Assembly (NCBI GenBank): GCA_012032555.1
Contig: JAAUSR010000006.1
Coordinates: 40,780-104,779, forward strand
Origin: Thioploca sp.
GTDB lineage: Bacteria; Pseudomonadota; Gammaproteobacteria; Beggiatoales; Beggiatoaceae
Direction: 5' to 3'
Length of the DNA stretch: 64,000 bases
Below the pieces are notes generated by a model. That model was not told the DNA's origin, ran no database searches, and was given only the letters and a program-made list of their open reading frames with translations. The translations under genes were made by a program, and so were the position numbers. Each line of letters begins with the position of its first letter. Position 1 is the first letter of the stretch. This document shows, piece by piece, positions 58,343 through 64,000 of the stretch.

Positions 58343-58508
58343 TACTCGATTTCCAAGCCAACATCAGTATTTCTCCTCTGGTGGAAGTTTTTAACGCGGG
58401 GTTTGCTGTTGCGATTCTACTACGTAACGAAAAAATTCTATCAGAATGGTGGGGGAAGTTGTTATGGATTGTGGGGGGGAAGAAATAGTGGTTTAGTGAT
58501 CACTGCTA

Positions 58509-59405
58509 TTAAGTTGAGTGATTTGCACTGGAACGGTTAACGGTTAACAACCATTCTTGAATGAGATTGATCTGTTCTTCCGCCATGAGGGCCGGTGCAT
58601 GTCCGATTCCGGGAAAAGTAACCACTTTCATTTGTGGATGAAGGGTTTGCATTTGAGTAATAGTTTCTTTTAATAAGAGGATTGATTGTTCGCCATGTAA
58701 CAACAACACCGGACAACGAATCATTTGCCAAGTTGACCATAAATCCATATCACTATCCGCTGCGGATTGGAAAGTGTGTGCAATCTTCGGATCATAAGCT
58801 AAACAGTAATAGCCATCCTCATGAAGTTGAGTGCCATGTTGAGTTAGATGTTGCCATTGACTATCGGTCAGTGGGCCAAATTGGCCATGGGCTAAACGTA
58901 AAAATTGTTCTGCTGCTAACAAATTTGCAAATTGAGGCGGAGATTGAGTTAATCGCTGTACCAACGGAATTAAACCGGTTTTAGGAATAAAAGGCCCAAT
59001 ATCATTCAGAATCAAACGTCGAATTAGGGGCTGATGTTGAGCCGCTAAAATCATCCCAATCAATCCACCCATCGAAGTACCTAACCAATCAACTTGATTG
59101 AGGTTAAGATGTTTTAATAAAGCTAACATGTCAGCCAGATACACTTCGGCAGTATACTGTTCTGGATGACTTAACCAATCGCTTTGACCTCTTCCGGCCA
59201 TATCCGGGCAAATTACTCGATAATGCGGTGCTAGCTTTGCCGCTAAGCTATCAAAATCGCGACTATTGCGAGTTAAACCATGAACACAAATCAGTACCTT
59301 GGGATTAGTTGGATCACCCCAATGAGTATAGGCAATGCGATGAGTGTTGGTTGAAGCCATACTGGTAAAATAATGCTGGCTCATCGGAAAAAGTGTTTTA
59401 TTCAT
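58509..59405 (-). CDS. alpha/beta-fold hydrolase
   Basis: [10 protein letters not shown] and nucleophile elbow LGTSMGG, with a C-terminal GHAP. It overlaps the mutS 3' end by 8 nt. Confidence 0.75.
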   Translation of the reverse strand: MNKTLFPMSQHYFTSMASTNTHRIAYTHWGDPTNPKVLICVHGLTRNSRDFDSLAAKLAPHYRVICPDMAGRGQSDWLSHPEQYTAEVYLADMLALLKHLNLNQVDWLGTSMGGLIGMILAAQHQPLIRRLILNDIGPFIPKTGLIPLVQRLTQSPPQFANLLAAEQFLRLAHGQFGPLTDSQWQHLTQHGTQLHEDGYYCLAYDPKIAHTFQSAADSDMDLWSTWQMIRCPVLLLHGEQSILLLKETITQMQTLHPQMKVVTFPGIGHAPALMAEEQINLIQEWLLTVNRSSANHST

Positions 59406-61977
59406 CGGCTTCCTTCAATAAAACTTGTAATTGGTAAATCAGATCCAAAGCTTGTCTTGGCGTTAAATCCTCGGCAGATATCGTTTTTAGTTTATCAATA
59501 ACCGGATGAGGTGCAATACGAGTTGGAGTTGGTGGCGAAATGAACTGCAATTCCGTTTGCTGAGTAGTCATTCGCAGTTGCTGTTCTTCCAATTGTTTTA
59601 ACCGAATCCGCGCTTGTTTAACTACGGGTTTAGGCACACCCGCTAACAATGCCACTTGTAAACCATAACTTTTATTCGCCGGTCCGTCTTTAACCGTGTA
59701 CATAAAAATCAATTTATCATGTTGTTCTACCGCAGCGAGGTGAATATTATCAATATTATGAAATAATTCTGGCAAGCGAGTTAATTCAAAATAGTGGGTG
59801 GCAAATAACGTATAGGCACCAATTTTATCGGCTAAATATTCGGCACAAGCCCAAGCCAATGATAAACCATCGAAAGTACTAGTACCTCGGCCAATTTCAT
59901 CCATCAACACCAAACTCTGACGAGTCGCATTATGTAAAATATTGGCTGTTTCTGTCATTTCAACCATAAAGGTAGAACGTCCCCCGGCTAAATCATCACT
60001 GGCACCAATTCGGGTAAAGATACTATCAATCGGACCAATCAGTGCCTGTTGCGCTGGCACAAAACTACCGATATGGGCGAGCAAAATAATTAAGGCGGTT
60101 TGGCGCATGTATGTCGATTTCCCACCCATATTGGCAGCCGTAATAATCAACATCCGTCGCTGTTGATCTAAGCGCAAATCGTTAGGTATAAAGGGAGTTT
60201 CTTGCACTGCCTCGACAACCGGATGACGTCCTTCTGAGATGACAATTCCTTCTTGCTGAGTCAGTTGCGGTGGATACAATTTTAAGGTATCAGCACGCTC
60301 TGCAAAATTGGTCAGCACATCTAATTCGGCTAAAGCAGCACTACATGCTTGTAAGTCAGTGAGTGAATCCAGTAATTTATCAAGCAGTAAATCGTATAAA
60401 TATTTTTCCCGATTTAAAGCTCTTTCTTTGGCACTTAATGCTTTGTCTTCAAAATCTTTTAATTCTGCTGTGATATAACGTTCTGCTGCTTTGAGCGTCT
60501 GCCGACGTTGGTAATCCGCCGGGATTTTATCCGCATGTGCCCGACTGATTTCAATGTAATAACCATGAATTTTATTGTAGCCCACTTTGAGATTAGCAAT
60601 GCCACTGCGTTGGCGTTCCCGAGTTTCTAAATCGAGTAAATATTGCCCGGCATTTTCACTCAAACTACGCAATTCATCTAATTGTGCATCATAACCCGGC
60701 GCAATGACACCGCCATCACGAAGTAATAAAGCTGGTCTTTCTACAATCGCCGTGGCTAATAAAGCGGCGAGATCGGGAAATAAACTAATTTTCTCAGATA
60801 AGCTTTGTAAATGCGGCGTGGTTAAAAATTTTAATTGCTGTTGTAAACTCGGTAAAGTTTCTAAAGCGAGGCGTAATTGACTCAAATCACGAGGACGAGC
60901 TGATTTTAGGGCAATCCGCGCGAGGATTCGTTCAATATCACCAATGGTTCGTAACTGTTGATATAAGCTCTCTCTATCAGCTTGTTCGAGTAATAAGCTC
61001 ACACTCTGATGACGGGCTTGTAAAGTTTCCAGATTTCGTAACGGACGATGTAACCAGCGGCGTAACAAACGCCCACCCATCGGGGTAGCGCACTGATCCA
61101 TAATTTTAACTAAAGTGTGTTCGCGGTGCCCAATCAAGCGACTATCAAGTTCTAAATTCCGTCGTGTCGCCGCATCTAAAAACAGACTATCTTCGCGTCG
61201 TTCCCAATGAAGTCCTTGAATATGCGGTAAATGAGTTCGTTGTGTCTCTCGTGCATATTGCAATAAACAACCGGCTGCGCTTAAAGCCACCGTTAAATGG
61301 TCGCAACCAAAGCCAGATAAATCCCGAGTGCCAAATTGTTGTGTCAATAACCGTCTGGCTACATCTAAATCAAAATACCAAGATGGCTGTTTGCGTAGCG
61401 GGATTTTAGGTAGGATCAAATAATTATCTTCGCTAACTAATAATTCCGCTGGGCGTAATCGTTCCATTTCGCTGTTAAACAAATTTTGCCCCGTGACTTC
61501 AAATAATGCAAATCGTCCACTGGCTAAATCCAGCGTAGCAATTCCAATCAGTTCTTCCAGTGCATGTACGGCGACTAACAAGCTTTCTTGGCGTTCTTCG
61601 AGTAAAGCTTCATCCGTCAACGTTCCTGGCGTAATAATCCGCGTCACTTTACGTTCCACTGGACCTTTACTGGTGGCCGGATCGCCAATTTGTTCACAAA
61701 TGACGGCAGATTCACCTAAGCGAACTAATTTAGCCAAATAAGTTTCTATGGCATGAAATGGTACCCCCGCCATCGGAATGGTCTGTCCACCACTTTTGCC
61801 GCGAGCAGTCAAAGTAATGTCTAACAACCGAGCAGCACGCTCAGCGTCCTCAAAAAATAATTCATAAAAATCACCCATACGATAAAACAACAACATATCA
61901 GGATGTTCTGCCTTAATGCGTAGATATTGTTGCATTACCGGGGTGTGATCGGAGAAATTTTGTTCTTGATGTGACAT
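59398..61977 (-). CDS. mutS: DNA mismatch repair protein MutS
   Basis: [34 protein letters not shown] mismatch-binding domain and Walker [13 protein letters not shown]. 859 aa. Confidence 0.95.
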   Translation of the reverse strand: MSHQEQNFSDHTPVMQQYLRIKAEHPDMLLFYRMGDFYELFFEDAERAARLLDITLTARGKSGGQTIPMAGVPFHAIETYLAKLVRLGESAVICEQIGDPATSKGPVERKVTRIITPGTLTDEALLEERQESLLVAVHALEELIGIATLDLASGRFALFEVTGQNLFNSEMERLRPAELLVSEDNYLILPKIPLRKQPSWYFDLDVARRLLTQQFGTRDLSGFGCDHLTVALSAAGCLLQYARETQRTHLPHIQGLHWERREDSLFLDAATRRNLELDSRLIGHREHTLVKIMDQCATPMGGRLLRRWLHRPLRNLETLQARHQSVSLLLEQADRESLYQQLRTIGDIERILARIALKSARPRDLSQLRLALETLPSLQQQLKFLTTPHLQSLSEKISLFPDLAALLATAIVERPALLLRDGGVIAPGYDAQLDELRSLSENAGQYLLDLETRERQRSGIANLKVGYNKIHGYYIEISRAHADKIPADYQRRQTLKAAERYITAELKDFEDKALSAKERALNREKYLYDLLLDKLLDSLTDLQACSAALAELDVLTNFAERADTLKLYPPQLTQQEGIVISEGRHPVVEAVQETPFIPNDLRLDQQRRMLIITAANMGGKSTYMRQTALIILLAHIGSFVPAQQALIGPIDSIFTRIGASDDLAGGRSTFMVEMTETANILHNATRQSLVLMDEIGRGTSTFDGLSLAWACAEYLADKIGAYTLFATHYFELTRLPELFHNIDNIHLAAVEQHDKLIFMYTVKDGPANKSYGLQVALLAGVPKPVVKQARIRLKQLEEQQLRMTTQQTELQFISPPTPTRIAPHPVIDKLKTISAEDLTPRQALDLIYQLQVLLKEADE

Positions 61978-62038
61978 GGTGGAATTATAACAAAAAATCA
62001 GGTTAGTACAGCGTTCCTGAAATGAATCGAATTATTTT

Positions 62039-62071
62039 AAACCTGACCGATCTTGGAGACCGGTCAGGTTT
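62039..62071. promoter_or_regulatory. perfect 11-bp inverted repeat in the divergent mutS / ATPase intergenic region
   Basis: Arms aaacctgaccg (62039-62049) and cggtcaggttt (62061-62071). The spacer can add 3 more bp. No upstream gene on either strand needs terminating here. Confidence 0.35.
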
Positions 62072-62371
62072 GCTGCTGGTGGATTTCACTTTTCATCTGG
62101 ACTACACTAATTTTTCTCGAAAGTACTATTTAATATTACTAATACCTTCACCAACTGATTTAGAACAAGATTACACAGATTAAAAGATTTATCGGATTTA
62201 TATCACTTAATTAATCAAACCGTTATAAGATATAAAATGTCTCGAAACGCTGATGTGGTAAATAAATAAGTAAGCTATCAAGTTTAATCCAGTCAATCCT
62301 TTAATCCGTGTCATCTTGTTCAAAAGGATTTAGATTAGCTAAATTATTAATTATCTAAGAGGTTCATAACA

Positions 62372-63424
62372 ATGTCCGTCCTTAATCCGTTTTGGCATGG
62401 TACCCCGGTACCGCTAGAAAAATTTATTGGTCGTGAAGAAAAACTACGAAGTATTACTAGTCGTATCAGTACTGGTCAATCGGTAGCCATTAGTGGTTCG
62501 CCACGTAGTGGTAAAACTTCGATATTGTATTATCTAATGGCACCAGAAAGACAAGTTGAACTTTATGGTGATGATGCCGATAAACTTATTTTTTCTTACT
62601 TGGATGCTGCTTTGTGGGATAACCAATTTGATAAAACCCAGTTTTGGCGAGAGGCTTTGCTACCACTGAGCGAATATATTCAGGATAATACGAATATCCC
62701 TCCTTCTTTAACTAAAGCCTATCAAACTTGTCAAGAAAATGAATTTGGTACCTTTGTCCTCGAAAAATTATTCGCACAATTTAAGCAAATAAATAAACAT
62801 TTAATATTAATAGTAGATGGATTTGACTTGCTATTGCACCATCCGACCTATCTCCAAAACAGTACCGAGTTTTTTGGTGGTTTACGAAGTGTAGCGTCAC
62901 ATAGTCGGGGAACTTTAGCAGTGATTATTGCTATTAATCTTTCTGTTACGCAATTAACCGAAAAAGTACAAGACTTCACTCGCTCTGGTTCTCCCTATTT
63001 TAACTTTATGGATGAAGTCATTTTAGGTCCCTTATCTCCCCCAGAGATAGATAAACTCCTAAAACCAGCAAGAGAACGTTTTACGCCAGCGGAGGAGATC
63101 CTAATTAAGGAAATGGCCGGTGGACATCCTTATTTATTACAAGTTTTGGCTTCTTGTTTATGGGAAATTGATGAAAGAACAGATTCTATTCAACGACAAC
63201 AACAGGCAGTCAAAGATTTTTATTTGAAAGTTGAAGACATATTAGAGGCAACTTGGCATACTTGGCAAACTCTTGCACAACAAGCATTTACCTCGGTGGC
63301 ATTAGTACAGATGGAAAAACTAAAACAGGCTTTCCAAAGGCAAGGAATCGATGTGGAAAGCATTAGCAAGCAGATCCCACGTCTGAAGTCAGAATTGGAA
63401 CTGCTGAAGAATATGGTGTTCTGA
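62372..63424 (+). CDS. P-loop ATPase (AAA/STAND-like, Arch_ATPase-type); the reading frame continues to 63570 after a 1-nt frameshift
   Basis: FIGREEKLRSI...ISGSPRSGKTS (Walker A) and LILIVDGFD (Walker B). After ...SELELL the +1-shifted frame reads EEYGVLIEDEKVEGGWRVYQQILLHFFINKKL..., a typical winged-helix-like tail. Confidence 0.65.
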   Translation: MSVLNPFWHGTPVPLEKFIGREEKLRSITSRISTGQSVAISGSPRSGKTSILYYLMAPERQVELYGDDADKLIFSYLDAALWDNQFDKTQFWREALLPLSEYIQDNTNIPPSLTKAYQTCQENEFGTFVLEKLFAQFKQINKHLILIVDGFDLLLHHPTYLQNSTEFFGGLRSVASHSRGTLAVIIAINLSVTQLTEKVQDFTRSGSPYFNFMDEVILGPLSPPEIDKLLKPARERFTPAEEILIKEMAGGHPYLLQVLASCLWEIDERTDSIQRQQQAVKDFYLKVEDILEATWHTWQTLAQQAFTSVALVQMEKLKQAFQRQGIDVESISKQIPRLKSELELLKNMVF

Positions 63425-63591
63425 TAGAAGACGAAAAAGTGGAGGGAGGGTGGCGAGTTTATCAACAAATCTTATTACATTTCTTTATTAATAAGAAATT
63501 GAAGTTAGAATACCGTGAAAAACTGCCACCGGAAACATGGAAGGACTTACTAACTATCAACTTTGCTTAACTGCTAAGAGAATGAAAGATT

Positions 63592-63906
63592 ATGTTCGAT
63601 CGATTGAGAACAATTTGGAACCAATTCCCCAAACTATTGGATAGAAGACAATACTTTTCTATTAATCTTTTATACATTACCCTCATTAGCTTGACGTTAA
63701 TTCTAGGAATAGAAGTAACAGTATCAACCCTACAGTGGGCATTTACTAAGTGTTCAATTGAGTGCTCCAAAAAAATTGAATGCCCAAAAAACCAGAACCA
63801 CAAGAGAATAGTGGACCTGAACCAGAAGAGAAACTTATGTGTTGTAATGGTTACTTCTGGCATGTTTTTAAGGAAGTTGTTCGTTACACCACTAAAACTT
63901 CAGTAA
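63592..63906 (+). CDS. hypothetical small membrane protein (weak call)
   Basis: 104-aa ORF with one hydrophobic segment YFSINLLYITLISLTLILGI. It overlaps a second candidate frame. Confidence 0.2.
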   Translation: MFDRLRTIWNQFPKLLDRRQYFSINLLYITLISLTLILGIEVTVSTLQWAFTKCSIECSKKIECPKNQNHKRIVDLNQKRNLCVVMVTSGMFLRKLFVTPLKLQ

Positions 63907-64000
63907 TATTGATGGTAATCGTTTTCTTCTATTTAACTTTTCTTGTTCATCACCAAGAAAAGAATATTTCTAGATTGTTGACTGAGGTTTTGATTGGTTC
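63780..64000 (+). CDS. hypothetical membrane-anchored protein, N-terminal part only (runs off the window end)
   Basis: ATG 63780 opens a frame to the window end: MPKKPEPQENSGPEPEEKLMCCNGYFWHVFKEVVRYTTKTSVILMVIVFFYLTFLVHHQEK... It is not in the ORF track because it is truncated. Confidence 0.3.
   Translation, partial: MPKKPEPQENSGPEPEEKLMCCNGYFWHVFKEVVRYTTKTSVILMVIVFFYLTFLVHHQEKNISRLLTEVLIG

Noticed and set aside
10487-63412. Programmed ribosomal frameshifting as the explanation for the split genes.
   Set aside because: I saw no shared slippery heptamer plus downstream structure, and the shift directions differ. The sites are simple homopolymers or short A runs inside conserved domains, so indels (real or technical) are the simpler explanation.

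Overview
This is an AT-rich (roughly 40% GC by eye) bacterial chromosomal segment. I found no rRNA, tRNA, CRISPR array, prophage, integrase or intact IS element.

**Housekeeping genes.** The set looks gammaproteobacterial:
- OPT transporter and TRAP dctQM
- hisC-pheA, rsmI and a nucleoside deaminase
- an SDR, apaH-glnE and pabB-pabC
- rsmA, a GH57 enzyme, asnB and mutS

**Accessory content.**
- A roughly 2790-aa secreted protein combining NHL, Ig-like, clan-CD peptidase-like, FN3 and Calx-beta modules (2703-11077).
- An 1152-aa protein with plant-type LRRs (13712-17170).
- A decaying accessory stretch (39.0-44.7 kb) holding relics of a hybrid histidine kinase, a transposase-like gene and a TIR-domain gene.
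- A degraded DUF433/DUF5615 toxin-antitoxin pair.
- A minus-strand string of genes: GT-C membrane glycosyltransferase, a roughly 860-aa TPR protein, cheR, a receiver-less cheB, a hybrid histidine kinase and a response regulator.
- A divergent operon of ArnC-like GT2, Uma2 nuclease and AsnB.

**Best candidate for an uncharacterised system.** It is the Che-type methylation module (CheR plus receiver-less CheB). It is wired to a phosphorelay and a giant TPR scaffold, with no MCP, CheA or CheW in the window. This is an inference from gene order, not a demonstrated system.

**Frameshifts.** At least five otherwise intact genes are each split by a single frameshift, and four of the five would be repaired by adding one base, three of those four inside an A or T run. 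That pattern points to homopolymer undercalls in the assembly as much as to real pseudogenes.

**Taxonomy.** The mix of gammaproteobacterial core genes with cyanobacteria-like accessory genes (Uma2, TIR, STAND-like ATPase, transposase relic) is reminiscent of large sulfur bacteria (Beggiatoaceae). That assignment is a guess.
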